A DNA stretch of 64,000 nt from Candidatus Krumholzibacteriota bacterium (GTDB lineage: Bacteria > Krumholzibacteriota > Krumholzibacteriia > LZORAL124-64-63), in the NCBI GenBank assembly GCA_024277025.1, contig JAJRWA010000018.1, forward strand, positions 56 to 64,055. Direction: 5' to 3'. The notes beneath the pieces are model-generated. The model worked only from the letters and a program-made list of their open reading frames with translations, was not told the DNA's origin and made no database searches. This document shows positions 48,394 to 58,293 of this stretch, piece after piece; position 1 is the stretch's first letter, and each line of letters opens with the position of its first letter. The translations under genes were made by a program, and so were the position numbers.

Positions 48394-49721
48394 ATGTGCG
48401 CCGAGCCAGTCTGGCCCTGACCGCAATGGTCCTGCTGCTCGGCGCCCTGGCTATTGGCCAGGAAGCCGGAGGTTTTGCCCAGTGGGTGCACGTGACCATG
48501 GCCGTCAGTGTGATCGGGGGCGGCCTGATACTCCTGACCGCGTGGCTGTGGCGCCGTGAGACCATTGATCGTCGCTGGCTGCTGCTGGTCGTGATCCTGG
48601 GCGTGCTGATGCGCCTGCTGGTGCTGCCGGCCGACCGCGAGCTGAGTGATGACGCCGCGCGGTACCACTGGGACGGCAAGGCCATGGCCCACGGCGTGAA
48701 CCCCTATCTCTTTTCTCCCGATGATCCCGCGGTGAAGCACCTGTGGACCGATCCGGTCGACGAGCGCATCAACCATCCCTGGTACCGGACCTGCTACCCA
48801 CCCGTAGCCGAAGGCTTGTTCACGGTGGCCTATTGGTTGAGCCCCGGCCGCCTCCTGGGCTTGCAACTGCTCAATCTGCTGGCCGAGATCCTGACCTGGT
48901 TCATTCTGGCCCGGGAGTTGGCCCAGCGCCGGCGCTCCCTGGCCTGGCTGCTGCTGATCATCTGGTCACCGCTGCTGATCCTGCAAGGCTACCTGCCCGG
49001 GCATCTGGACCTGCTGGCCTTACCTTTTGTCGCGCTGCTGGTGCGCGCCGTGGCCCGGCGTCAGGCCGGATGGGCCGGCGTGTGGCTGACCCTGGCCTGC
49101 CTGGTCAAACCTTTGCCCCTGCTGTTCCTGCCGGCCATCGCCCGGGAACTGGGTTGGCGACGGACGCGGCGGTTGTTGCTGGTCTGCGGCGCGGTCGGCC
49201 TCGTGGCCTACGCGCCTTTCTTGCGAGCGGGCTGGTACCTGTTCAGTTCGACCTGGCTGATGGCCACCGACTGGTCCTTCAATGGCAGTGTGGGGGCCGC
49301 GCTGGAGCAGTTGCTGCCCATGCGGCAGGCCCATCTGGTGTCCGGTGTCCTGACCGGCGCCGGCGTGTTGCTGACCACCTGGCGGGGACGGGATTTTCTC
49401 GCGCGTGCCCTGGGCGGGTTCACGGTTTTTGTCGTCTTCACGCCCACCCTGTTCCCCTGGTACCTGATCACGGCCCTGCCCCTGCTGGTGCTGGGGCCGC
49501 AGCCGGCACTGCTTGTTCTCGGCGTGCTGGCCCCGCTGTCGGATCTGGTCGTGGTCGGATACAGATTGCGCGGGGTCTGGGAGCAGGCGGCGTGGGTGCG
49601 GTGGGTGCAGTACGTGCCGTTCTACGGCGTGCTGACCTGGGGGTTCAGGCGTCGCGGCCGGCCTCGATCCGAAGCCGGCCCCGCCGATTCGCAATCACTG
49701 CGTCAGAACAAGACTTGGTGA
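48390..49721 (+). CDS. GT-C fold (GT87/DUF2029-like) membrane glycosyltransferase
   Basis: LSDDAARYHWDG...GVNPY...YPP...GHLD...FNGS...FPWY, many TMs. ATGA overlap. Confidence 0.8.
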   Translation: MNVRRASLALTAMVLLLGALAIGQEAGGFAQWVHVTMAVSVIGGGLILLTAWLWRRETIDRRWLLLVVILGVLMRLLVLPADRELSDDAARYHWDGKAMAHGVNPYLFSPDDPAVKHLWTDPVDERINHPWYRTCYPPVAEGLFTVAYWLSPGRLLGLQLLNLLAEILTWFILARELAQRRRSLAWLLLIIWSPLLILQGYLPGHLDLLALPFVALLVRAVARRQAGWAGVWLTLACLVKPLPLLFLPAIARELGWRRTRRLLLVCGAVGLVAYAPFLRAGWYLFSSTWLMATDWSFNGSVGAALEQLLPMRQAHLVSGVLTGAGVLLTTWRGRDFLARALGGFTVFVVFTPTLFPWYLITALPLLVLGPQPALLVLGVLAPLSDLVVVGYRLRGVWEQAAWVRWVQYVPFYGVLTWGFRRRGRPRSEAGPADSQSLRQNKTW

Positions 49722-49776
49722 AGCACCTGAACTTTGCCAACGTCGTGTCCCTGGCACCGGTCGCCAAGGCATAGCC

Positions 49777-50847
49777 TCAGCAACCACAGCCGCTCTGCTC
49801 ACCAACCGACTCCCGGCGGCGGAACGCCTCGGTGCCGCAGCCGGCAAACAGGCCGAAGTGCGTCTGAAAATCGCCATGCACGGTGAAAAACGGCGCCAAG
49901 CGCGTCTCGCTCAACATCCGGACCGTGTTGCCGCAGACCCGTTCGGCCCGGCCCCGCTCGAAGACATGTTCCCGATCCAGGGTGTAGGTATCAGCGCCGG
50001 CCGGATGGCCCCCCTTGTAGGTCGCCACCTGCCCGAAGTCCTCACAGGCGTCCTCGAGACCCTCGATCTTCCACAACCGGTAGGTTCGCGAAGTGAAAAC
50101 AGTGTTGCCGGTCAGGGCCGCCACGTCGGGCTCGAGGTCGATCGTGCGGCAGTTCACCAACCGCGGGTCGACAAAACCCACGCGCCGGGCCATGCGCAGA
50201 AAATCGCCTTCGTACAGGGCGCCACCCAGGCATTCGCCGTGCAGCACGGGATCGGTCTTGGCGTCGGCGGGCAGCCGCCGGTCGGCGTACACGTCCGAGA
50301 AATAGAACTCGCCGCCCTGGCGCAGCAGACTGTGGATCTGGCGCAGCACCGGTTCCTTGTCCGCCAACAGGTTGATCACACAGTTCGAAGTCACCATGTC
50401 CAGCGAGTCGGCGGCGAAGTGGCGGTCCATGTTCTCGATCACGTCCTCGACGAACTCCACGTTGGATTCTTCGTACCCGAAGACCTTGGCCATGTGGTCC
50501 CGGTGCCGCCGGCCCACGTCGATCTGCTCGGGAGTCATGTCCAGGCCATGGACAAAACCGTCCCTACCGACCAATTTGGACATGACGTAGGAATCGCGGC
50601 CGGTGCCGCAGCCCAGGTCCAGGACCCGCAGCCCTGCCAGATCCGGCGGAAACGCCGTGCCGCAGCCGTAGTACCTGGTCAGGACTTCGGCGTGGATTCC
50701 CGGCAGCACTGCGCGCACGTAGTCCGGAATGGACTCGGTGGTGCAGCAAGCGGTGGTCTTGAGATCCGCGGTACAGGCCAGTTCCTGCCCGTAGTATTCC
50801 CGGGCGTTGGCGCGTTCGTCGAAGGCCGTCTTTTCGGTAGGGGACAT
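49777..50847 (-). CDS. arsM: Arsenite S-adenosylmethionine methyltransferase (AS3MT/ArsM-like)
   Basis: YYG...DLKTTACC, YYGCG, LDLGCGTGRD, SNCVINL, FSDVY, GECLGGAL, C-terminal GCGC. Confidence 0.85.
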   Translation of the reverse strand: MSPTEKTAFDERANAREYYGQELACTADLKTTACCTTESIPDYVRAVLPGIHAEVLTRYYGCGTAFPPDLAGLRVLDLGCGTGRDSYVMSKLVGRDGFVHGLDMTPEQIDVGRRHRDHMAKVFGYEESNVEFVEDVIENMDRHFAADSLDMVTSNCVINLLADKEPVLRQIHSLLRQGGEFYFSDVYADRRLPADAKTDPVLHGECLGGALYEGDFLRMARRVGFVDPRLVNCRTIDLEPDVAALTGNTVFTSRTYRLWKIEGLEDACEDFGQVATYKGGHPAGADTYTLDREHVFERGRAERVCGNTVRMLSETRLAPFFTVHGDFQTHFGLFAGCGTEAFRRRESVGEQSGCGC

Positions 50848-51034
50848 GGTTGCTCCTTGGTCCGGACGTTGGCTTGTGTGCTTCAATAGTACGCACATTC
50901 CGCTGATCCGCAGGAGATAAAAGCGCCCCTGGGACATTGCCAATCCCCACGCCTTGCCTACACTCTGGTCTAGTCCGGGTCCGGTGCATCCGTTACACCC
51001 GGCCACAACCACCCGCAACCGGCGAGAACTCACC

Positions 51035-52534
51035 TTGGCCACCGAACTGAACAAAGCCTCGCGCGGTGCCAAGCCGGCCTTCTACGCAGCCCTGCTGGCG
51101 GCCGTTCTGTTGCTGATCCGCCTGCCGTTGTGGCTCCTGCCCGGTCCCGGGCGCGATGAGGCGGCCTACTACTACTGGGCCCACCATCCGGAACCGGCCT
51201 ACTCGCTGCTGGTGCAGGCTGCCATCCGGCTGGGCGGGCTGGTGGCCGGACACTCCCTGTGGGCCCTGCGCTTGCCGGTGTTAGTGCTTGGACTTCTCGT
51301 GCTGGTGCTGAACGACCGCCGGCTGGCCCGAGCCGGGTCTCCGGTGGGCTGGCGTGGGCTGGCGGCGGCCGCCCTGGCGCTGAATCCCTGGCAGAGTTTT
51401 GCCGGTTCCATCCTTCATCCGGATAACTTCATGTTGGCGGCCCTGCTGCTGCTCGTCCTGGCGATCCAGGAGCGCCGGTTGTGGCTGGCGACCCTGGCGA
51501 CCGTGGGCGCGGTGCTGGCCAAGCCGACCGGAGTGCTGTTCCTGCCGGTGACCTGGTGGTTGCTCGGCACACTGCCCGGGCCGGATCGCCGTCAGTTGCA
51601 CGCCGCCCGCCTGGTGTTGGTGCTCGCGGCGGTCGGCCTGGCCGTGACCATGCGGCCGGATATGGTGGTCGGCATGGCGGGCTTCGGCCGCATGTCCGAC
51701 AGCCTGCCCTGGCTGACCCGGCTGATCGCCGGTGGCGGTTCGACCCTGTTTCTGGGCGGACCGGTGCTGCTGGGCCTTGCGGTACTCGGCGTGCGCCAGC
51801 GCTGGCCGGACATCCGGACTGACGATGAGGCCCGCGCCAGTCTGTCCCTGGCGGCGATTCTGCTGGTGGTCTTTCTAACGGCGGCCCTGCTGCGTGGACA
51901 ATTCAAGGGCAACTGGATCCTGCCGGCTGCGGTGCTGCTGTGGCCCCTGCGGCCACCCCGCCGGCAGTTGCTGGGCAATCCGCGCCGCTTGGTCGCTGTG
52001 GGCCTGGTACTGGCATTGCTGACCAGCCTCGGTCAGACCCTGGCCATGAGCCGGCCCGACCTGATCGACAACTGGGAACACGCGTTGTCGGACCGGAACC
52101 TCGTGCCGGCCTGGCTGGCTTATGAGACCCAGGCCGGCACGCGGGAAACGGCGGTTTCCAGCAGCCGCACCTGGTCCGATCATCTGCATGAGTACGACGA
52201 CATTTCCGGGTTCGCCGCCCAATTGAAATCCGATTGGTGCTGCACCGCAGGCGAAGCGGCGCCGCTGCCCTGGATCATTGCCGGCGACTACGGTCTCGCC
52301 TGTCAACTGCACTGGTATCTGGCCGAGCCGCAGGCCGCAATCGCCATCTATGGTGATGGAATCTTCTGCGGCACCTGGTCGGAAATCTGCAACTGCGCGC
52401 CGCCAACCTCGATGCTGGCCCTGTCCCTGCCGCCGGATGGTCAGGTGCGGTCGATCGCGGCCCTGCCCGTCCGCGCTCATCCGATTACCGGATTTCCGCT
52501 GCGGCCGGCGGTTGTGCGCTGGTCGACCCATTAA
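51035..52534 (+). CDS. ArnT/GT39-like (GT-C) membrane glycosyltransferase
   Basis: RDEAAYYYWA, ALRLP, HPD, LAKPTG, many TMs. Start uncertain. Confidence 0.65.
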   Translation: MATELNKASRGAKPAFYAALLAAVLLLIRLPLWLLPGPGRDEAAYYYWAHHPEPAYSLLVQAAIRLGGLVAGHSLWALRLPVLVLGLLVLVLNDRRLARAGSPVGWRGLAAAALALNPWQSFAGSILHPDNFMLAALLLLVLAIQERRLWLATLATVGAVLAKPTGVLFLPVTWWLLGTLPGPDRRQLHAARLVLVLAAVGLAVTMRPDMVVGMAGFGRMSDSLPWLTRLIAGGGSTLFLGGPVLLGLAVLGVRQRWPDIRTDDEARASLSLAAILLVVFLTAALLRGQFKGNWILPAAVLLWPLRPPRRQLLGNPRRLVAVGLVLALLTSLGQTLAMSRPDLIDNWEHALSDRNLVPAWLAYETQAGTRETAVSSSRTWSDHLHEYDDISGFAAQLKSDWCCTAGEAAPLPWIIAGDYGLACQLHWYLAEPQAAIAIYGDGIFCGTWSEICNCAPPTSMLALSLPPDGQVRSIAALPVRAHPITGFPLRPAVVRWSTH

Positions 52535-52550
52535 CGCAAGGAGAACCCCC

Positions 52551-53345
52551 ATGTGGAGATCAACCAGGCTCGCCGTCTTTCTGCTGCTGGCCATCGTGGC
52601 CGGTCCCCGGGCCATGAGCGCAACCAGAGAGCAGGCCGCAGCCCTGCACCCGAACTTCAGTCGACTGCTGTCAACCTATGTGCATGACAACCTGGTGGAC
52701 TACGAAGCCTGGTCGGCCAATGCCGACGACGAGGCAGCCCTGGCCCGCTACATCGCCGATCTGGCCGCCCTGGATCCGGCGGACTGGCCCCGCCAGGAGG
52801 CCCTGGCCTATTGGCTCAATCTCTACAACGCCGTCACGGTGAAGCTGATCCTGGACCACTACCCGCTGGACAGCATCAAGGATATCGGCGGCTTCATGAA
52901 GAAGTCGCCCTGGAAGCGGGATCTGGTCACCGTGGCCGGCAAGCCATTGACCCTGAACAACATCGAGCACGACGTGATCCGGCCCACTTTTGGCGACCCG
53001 CGCATTCACTTTGCCTTGAACTGCGCCTCGCTGGGGTGCCCGCCGCTGGGCGCGGCGGCCTTCGATCCTGATCAGCTGTCAGCGCAGTTGGACGCGGCCT
53101 GCCGGCTGGCGCTGAACCGTGAGCGCTGGGTCCGGGTTGACGGAGACGAAGTCTCGTTGACGAAGATCTTTGACTGGTACGGGCAGGATTTCCAGGTGGA
53201 CGGGGGTACGGTTCTGACCTTCATCAGGAACTACCGGACCGAGCCCTTCCCGGACGGTGAGCCAAAGGTGCGCTACATGTCCTATGACTGGCAGTTGAAC
53301 CGCGTCCCGGCACCGGACCGGTCCGCGCAGCGTGCAAAGGGCTGA
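52551..53345 (+). CDS. DUF547 domain protein, secreted
   Basis: VDY, LAYWLNLYNA, TLNNIEH, DPRIHFALNCASLGCP, KIFDWY, YDWQLN. Confidence 0.93.
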   Translation: MWRSTRLAVFLLLAIVAGPRAMSATREQAAALHPNFSRLLSTYVHDNLVDYEAWSANADDEAALARYIADLAALDPADWPRQEALAYWLNLYNAVTVKLILDHYPLDSIKDIGGFMKKSPWKRDLVTVAGKPLTLNNIEHDVIRPTFGDPRIHFALNCASLGCPPLGAAAFDPDQLSAQLDAACRLALNRERWVRVDGDEVSLTKIFDWYGQDFQVDGGTVLTFIRNYRTEPFPDGEPKVRYMSYDWQLNRVPAPDRSAQRAKG

Positions 53346-53445
53346 GGGCGCCGGACGGCCATCCGGTCGATGATGCCGCCGGCGCCGGACTGTGTTAGAC
53401 TTGCGACAGGGCGGTTTTCGAAGTCCCCGGAACGACAGGCAGGTC

Positions 53446-54819
53446 ATGCTTTTTCGAGGTGGTCAGACAATTACTTCCAGCGGGCTGTCGCCGGCCGCGG
53501 TCCGCGTCGCGGGGACCACGATCAGCGAAGTGGGCAGCGACCTGAATCCTCAGCCCGGTGAAACCGTGGTCGACGCGACCGGCCGCTGGCTCCTGCCCGG
53601 AGCCATCGATGGCCATACCCATTTCGGAATGCCCCTCGCAGGCGGACTCAGCAGCCTGGACTGGGCCGCAAGTTCGACCGCGGCCCTGCTGGGAGGCACC
53701 ACGACCGTCATCGATTTTGCCAACCCGGATGCCGGCGAATCATTGTCCGCAGCGGTGGGCCGCTGGCGGAACCTGGCCGACGGGCACACGCTCTGTGACT
53801 ACGGCCTGCACGTGACGGTCACCGACACCTCGCCCGAGCGGCTGGCCGAGATCCCCGGCCTGATCAGCGCGGGCCTACCCACCTTCAAGGGCTTTCTGGC
53901 CTACAAGAACCGCCTGATGCTCACGCTTGAACAAATGCGGAGCCTGATGACCGCCGTTCACGAGCACGGCGGCATGCTGCTGGTGCACGCCGAGGACGGC
54001 GAGATGAACGCCGCCGCCGAGCACGTCTTGCTGAATACGGGCCGCACAGCGCCGGTCTGGCACCCTTTGGCCCATCCGGCCGAGTCCGAGCTCAAGGCCG
54101 TGGGCGAGGTACTGGCCCTGGCGGCAGAGACCCATTGCCCCCTGACCATCGTGCATCTGAGCCTGACCGATTCGGTAGACGCGCTCAAACGGGCCAGACA
54201 AACCGCCGGCGAGTCCGCCACCCTGATCGGCGAGGTGTGCCTGCACCACCTGTTCGCCGATGAAGGCCTCTACTCGTCCGGCCATGAGACCGCCCTGGCC
54301 GCGATCTGCTCGCCGCCCCTGCGCCCGGCGGCCAATGGCCCGGGACTGCTGGCCGAACTGGCGGCCGGCAACCTGGACTTCCTGTCCACCGACCACTGCG
54401 AGTTCTGTTTGGCTGCGAAAGCCGCGGCGGCGGCGGGTGGCTTCGCCGGAGTCCCCAATGGCTGCGGCGGGGTCGGCGAACGCCTCGTCATGAGTTACAC
54501 CAAGGCCGTCGTGACCGGAGACCTGAGCCTGCCCCGCTGGCAGGAAGTGCTTTGCGAGCGGCCTGCGGCCCTGCTCGGTCTGGCCGACCGCAAAGGCCGG
54601 TTGTCGCCGGGCTGCGACGCCGATATCGTGCTCTTCGACCCCACACCCGAGTACCGCTGGGACCCCCTGGGGGCCAGTGATCGCGCGGGCTCGCTCTGGG
54701 CCGGCCTGATGGTCCGGGGCCGGGTCAGTGATGTCTGGTTGCGGGGCCGGCAAGTCGTTGCCGGCGGCCGCGTAACGGACGACCGGGCCGGCGGCGTTTT
54801 CCTGCCGCGTCAACTTTGA
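53446..54819 (+). CDS. Dihydropyrimidinase/hydantoinase-like cyclic amidohydrolase
   Basis: PGAIDGHTH, GGTTTVIDF, FKGFLAY, VHAED, VHLS, SPPLR, STDHC. Confidence 0.85.
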   Translation: MLFRGGQTITSSGLSPAAVRVAGTTISEVGSDLNPQPGETVVDATGRWLLPGAIDGHTHFGMPLAGGLSSLDWAASSTAALLGGTTTVIDFANPDAGESLSAAVGRWRNLADGHTLCDYGLHVTVTDTSPERLAEIPGLISAGLPTFKGFLAYKNRLMLTLEQMRSLMTAVHEHGGMLLVHAEDGEMNAAAEHVLLNTGRTAPVWHPLAHPAESELKAVGEVLALAAETHCPLTIVHLSLTDSVDALKRARQTAGESATLIGEVCLHHLFADEGLYSSGHETALAAICSPPLRPAANGPGLLAELAAGNLDFLSTDHCEFCLAAKAAAAAGGFAGVPNGCGGVGERLVMSYTKAVVTGDLSLPRWQEVLCERPAALLGLADRKGRLSPGCDADIVLFDPTPEYRWDPLGASDRAGSLWAGLMVRGRVSDVWLRGRQVVAGGRVTDDRAGGVFLPRQL

Positions 54820-54840
54820 ACCCACAGCTGAAGGATGCAG

Positions 54841-55347
54841 ATGACCGAATCATCCCGCGATATTTCAGCCGTCCGCCTGGCCGGCCGCTATGCCCGCATT
54901 TTCGCCCAGTTGGAAACCCAGCTCAAGACCGGTGCCAAACGCACCGCCGATCCGGTCGCGCGCATGGCCACCATCTGCGCCCTGCTCCACGCCAAGCTGC
55001 CTTATTTCTTCTGGACGGGATTCTATCGGCTGGTCGACGGCGAGTTGGTGGTCGGCCCCTACCAGGGCCCCCTGGCCTGCGCCCTGCTGCCGCCGCCCGA
55101 CGGTGTGTGCTGGCGCGGCATCACCGACGGGGAAACCGTCATCGTGCCGGATGTGCACGCCTTCGCGGGCCACGTGGCCTGCGACGCCCGCTCCCAAAGC
55201 GAGATCGTCGTGCCGGTGCGGGACACCTCGGGCAAAGTCGTCGCCGTGCTGGATGTGGATTCGGATCGGCCGGATTCGTTCGGGCCGGTCGACCGGGCGG
55301 GACTCGAGCGCATCGTCGCAATCGTCACGGACGGTGAGTTGCGCTAA
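54841..55347 (+). CDS. msrC: GAF-domain free methionine-(R)-sulfoxide reductase-like protein
   Basis: WTGFY, GPYQGPLAC, GVC, HVACD...SEIVVP, LDVDS. Confidence 0.85.
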   Translation: MTESSRDISAVRLAGRYARIFAQLETQLKTGAKRTADPVARMATICALLHAKLPYFFWTGFYRLVDGELVVGPYQGPLACALLPPPDGVCWRGITDGETVIVPDVHAFAGHVACDARSQSEIVVPVRDTSGKVVAVLDVDSDRPDSFGPVDRAGLERIVAIVTDGELR

Positions 55348-57047
55348 CGGCCCTCGCCGGGCAGCGGGAACCAGCGCAGCGGCTCCAACTCGTCCGACAG
55401 ACGGCCATCGACACCGACCGAAGGCCCCAGTTCCTTCATCTCCCTGACCCACTGCTCGGCCTGCTCCAGGTACTCGGCGAAAGCGCTCTCCGGCTCGGTC
55501 AGATGTTCAGAACGGTATTGCATGCGTCCGGTCCGATAGGTGATGTCATGCAGGCGCAGACTGGCCCCGTGCCGGGCTTCGCGGTGTCGCCACACGCCGG
55601 TTTCGGCGTCGAAATCGTAGTGATCCAGGAAGCGCCAGCCATCGCGGGCAATGAATTCCACCGCCTTGATGATGAAACTGAAAGCCTCATCGGAAATGAA
55701 GTAGTTGAAGTTCACCCGCACCCAGCCGGGCTTGATGCCCTCGCCGCCCGCGTTGATCGCCTCGTGGTACTTCATGCTGTGGGCCAAATCGATCCCCAAC
55801 AACCGATGACCGTACGGCCCGGCGCACGAACACCCGCCGCGGGCCTGAATACCGAACAGGTCGTTCAGCAGGGCGACCACGAAGTTGTGATGCAGGATGC
55901 GCTCGCCGCTCCGGATCACGAACGAGACGATGGACAACCGCTGGCCGTCCGTGTTGCCCAATACATGGATGTTGGGATTGCCGGCCCAGGCGGTGATGGC
56001 CCGGTCGATGAACTCGTGCTCCAGACCCTCGATATTCTGCTCGCCCACCGCCCGTTTCAGGTGAAACACGAGCCCCGCCCGGATCGCCTCGATGATCGCC
56101 GGCGTACCACCCTCTTCGCGGTGTTCCGGATCGGCCAGATAGGTATGCTCGGCGGGACTCACGTACGAGACCGTGCCCCCGCCCGGCACCGACGGCACCG
56201 TGTTGGTCAGCAGACGCCGCTTGACCACCAGCACCCCGGGCGTGCCCGGCCCGCCGATGAACTTGTGCGGCGAGATGAACACCGCATCCTTGTAGGTCAG
56301 CCCCGGATGTGGCGAATCCGCCGCACAGTCCGGCAGATTCATGTCGATGGACACGTATGGCGCCGCGGCCGCGAAATCCCAGAAGGCCAGGGCGCCGTGG
56401 GCGTGCAGCAGCCGCGAGATGCCGGCCGTGTCCGAGACGATACCCGTCACGTTGCTGGCCGCCGAGAAGCTGCCGATCTTCAGCGGTCGCGTCGCGTAGT
56501 TGATCAATTCCTTTGCCAGATGTTTCTGGTCGATGCGCCCGTCCATGTCCTCGGCGATCAGGACCACGTCGGCGATCGACTCGCGCCAGGGCAATTCATT
56601 GGAGTGGTGTTCGTACGGCCCGATGAAGACCACCGGCCGCTCGCCGGCCGGAATGTGCTCCGACAGCCCGTACTTCGTGTCCAGGTCCCGCGGCAAACGC
56701 AGATTCAGAATCTCGATCAGCTTGTTGATGGCCCCAGTCGCTCCCGAACCGCAGAACAGAACCACGTCCTCGTCGGTGCCGCCGACGGACTCCAGGATGA
56801 TCCGCCGGGCGTCCTCACGAAAGCAGGTCGTCTGCAGGCCGGTGCTTGAAGTCTCGGTGTGGGTATTGGCGTACAGCGGCAGCACTTCGTCAGCGATGAA
56901 ATCCTCGATGAACCCGAGCGAACGGCCGCTGGCCGTATAGTCGGCATAGGTCATGCGCCGGTGCCCGTAGGGTCCGTTCAGGGCGCGGTCGTCCCCGATG
57001 ATCGAATCACGGATCTTCTCGATGAGATGCTGAACGTTGGCTTCCAT
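55344..57047 (-). CDS. Class V PLP-dependent aminotransferase (cysteine-desulfurase-like)
   Basis: YADYTASGR, YANTHT, EHHSNELPW, SPHKF, RGGCSCAGPYG. Confidence 0.9.
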   Translation of the reverse strand: MEANVQHLIEKIRDSIIGDDRALNGPYGHRRMTYADYTASGRSLGFIEDFIADEVLPLYANTHTETSSTGLQTTCFREDARRIILESVGGTDEDVVLFCGSGATGAINKLIEILNLRLPRDLDTKYGLSEHIPAGERPVVFIGPYEHHSNELPWRESIADVVLIAEDMDGRIDQKHLAKELINYATRPLKIGSFSAASNVTGIVSDTAGISRLLHAHGALAFWDFAAAAPYVSIDMNLPDCAADSPHPGLTYKDAVFISPHKFIGGPGTPGVLVVKRRLLTNTVPSVPGGGTVSYVSPAEHTYLADPEHREEGGTPAIIEAIRAGLVFHLKRAVGEQNIEGLEHEFIDRAITAWAGNPNIHVLGNTDGQRLSIVSFVIRSGERILHHNFVVALLNDLFGIQARGGCSCAGPYGHRLLGIDLAHSMKYHEAINAGGEGIKPGWVRVNFNYFISDEAFSFIIKAVEFIARDGWRFLDHYDFDAETGVWRHREARHGASLRLHDITYRTGRMQYRSEHLTEPESAFAEYLEQAEQWVREMKELGPSVGVDGRLSDELEPLRWFPLPGEGR

Positions 57048-57138
57048 ATTCGACTCCGGAAAAAGTGCCTACACCCCCCGCACGACCGCCCAATCATAAC
57101 CCGCGGGGCGATCCGGGGAAACCCCGGCGGCCAGATAT

Positions 57139-58161
57139 TCACAGCCGGACGGAAATCGTGATCGAGCCGAAGTGGGTCGAGTTGTCCTGCAGTGCGTATT
57201 CCTTGGTCCGTTGCACGTACACCACACCCAGGCGCACTCCCAGTGCCGAGATGGCAAACCCACCCACGACATCGGCCACCCACTCGTTCTTGTCCACCCG
57301 GTGGCTGTCACGGAACGTGTTGCCGTCCAGAAAGATATTCTGCAGCACAAGCCGGCCGTCTACCCCGGCGAACACGTACCAGCCGAAGCGTTTGTCAGGA
57401 GTTAAGTAGCCGGAGCCGGGCGGGGCCGGCTGGATCCGCGGCGGCCCGAAATCCCGCGCCAACCCCTGCCCCAGGCGGACCGTACCCCCCAAAGCGCCAT
57501 AGGTCAGCACGTTGCCCAAGGCCACGCCCCCGTGGGGCGAGAAGTCCGCCGCCAAACCAAGCACCGGCAGCCGGTGCAGATTGCGCCACTTCTGCTCGAA
57601 TACCAGCATCACAGCCACCTCGTTGCCGATCTGGTTGGCCCAACCCAGCGGATCCGGCGAATCAATGACCTGGTGGACCCATTTCTGCATGGCCTCGCCC
57701 CCGGCCGCCGGCCCGACCACGCCCAGGGACAGTTCCAGCGTCCGGACCATATTGTCGGTCGTGCAGACCAGGCCAAGATCCCCGTGCAGCCAGGCGGCAT
57801 AGGGCCGGTCGTCGACGATCAGGTCGGTGCGCGAAAGATCCTCCGGTGTGTACAGGTTCTGGCCCAGGGCCCAGTGGGCGCGCAGCACGGCATCCGGCGC
57901 CGTGAACAGGTGAGTGCGGGCCCAGCCATCGAGCCAGCCCCAAACCCTGTTGTCCGCCGTCTGGTACGACAGCTGCAGCCCGTTGGTGTAACCCAGATCC
58001 GAATCGTCGGTGCCCAGCACGTCGTTCTCGAAGTGGAAGATGAACGAGCCACGGAGGGCAGGGCCGGCTTCGTCGCCGGCCGGCGCCGACACCGGCAGCG
58101 TGAGCAAAAGAAAAAGGGCGACAGCCCGGGTTCGTCGACAAGTCAGCAATACGGTTCCCAC
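57139..58161 (-). CDS. Lipid A deacylase LpxR (DUF2219) family OM protein
   Basis: FENDV...YTNG, GQNLYTP, DRPYAAWL, GWANQI, NIFLDGN. Start uncertain. Confidence 0.88.
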   Translation of the reverse strand: MGTVLLTCRRTRAVALFLLLTLPVSAPAGDEAGPALRGSFIFHFENDVLGTDDSDLGYTNGLQLSYQTADNRVWGWLDGWARTHLFTAPDAVLRAHWALGQNLYTPEDLSRTDLIVDDRPYAAWLHGDLGLVCTTDNMVRTLELSLGVVGPAAGGEAMQKWVHQVIDSPDPLGWANQIGNEVAVMLVFEQKWRNLHRLPVLGLAADFSPHGGVALGNVLTYGALGGTVRLGQGLARDFGPPRIQPAPPGSGYLTPDKRFGWYVFAGVDGRLVLQNIFLDGNTFRDSHRVDKNEWVADVVGGFAISALGVRLGVVYVQRTKEYALQDNSTHFGSITISVRL

Positions 58162-58231
58162 CCCTGGTTCCCTGGTCCCTGGATTCGTACGCGTACCGAG
58201 AATAGCCGCCCGCGGGCCGGACCGCAGTAAG

Positions 58232-58266
58232 AAAACCGGCCGCCGGGCCCTGGGGCCGACAGCCGG
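58232..58266 (-). terminator. Terminator hairpin, copy 1 of a 35-bp repeat
   Basis: + strand AAAACCGGCCGCCGGGCCCTGGGGCCGACAGCCGG; hairpin plus U-tract on the minus strand. Confidence 0.75.
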
Positions 58267-58293
58267 TTCCACCGGAAATTCGATACGCCGCAG

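Noticed and set aside
49745-49779. arsM ends GCGC-TGA with a hairpin 7 nt downstream; possible Sec readthrough
   Set aside because: Readthrough would run antisense into the convergent GT gene with no nearby stop. Cys-rich tails are normal ArsM ends, and the hairpin fits a terminator.
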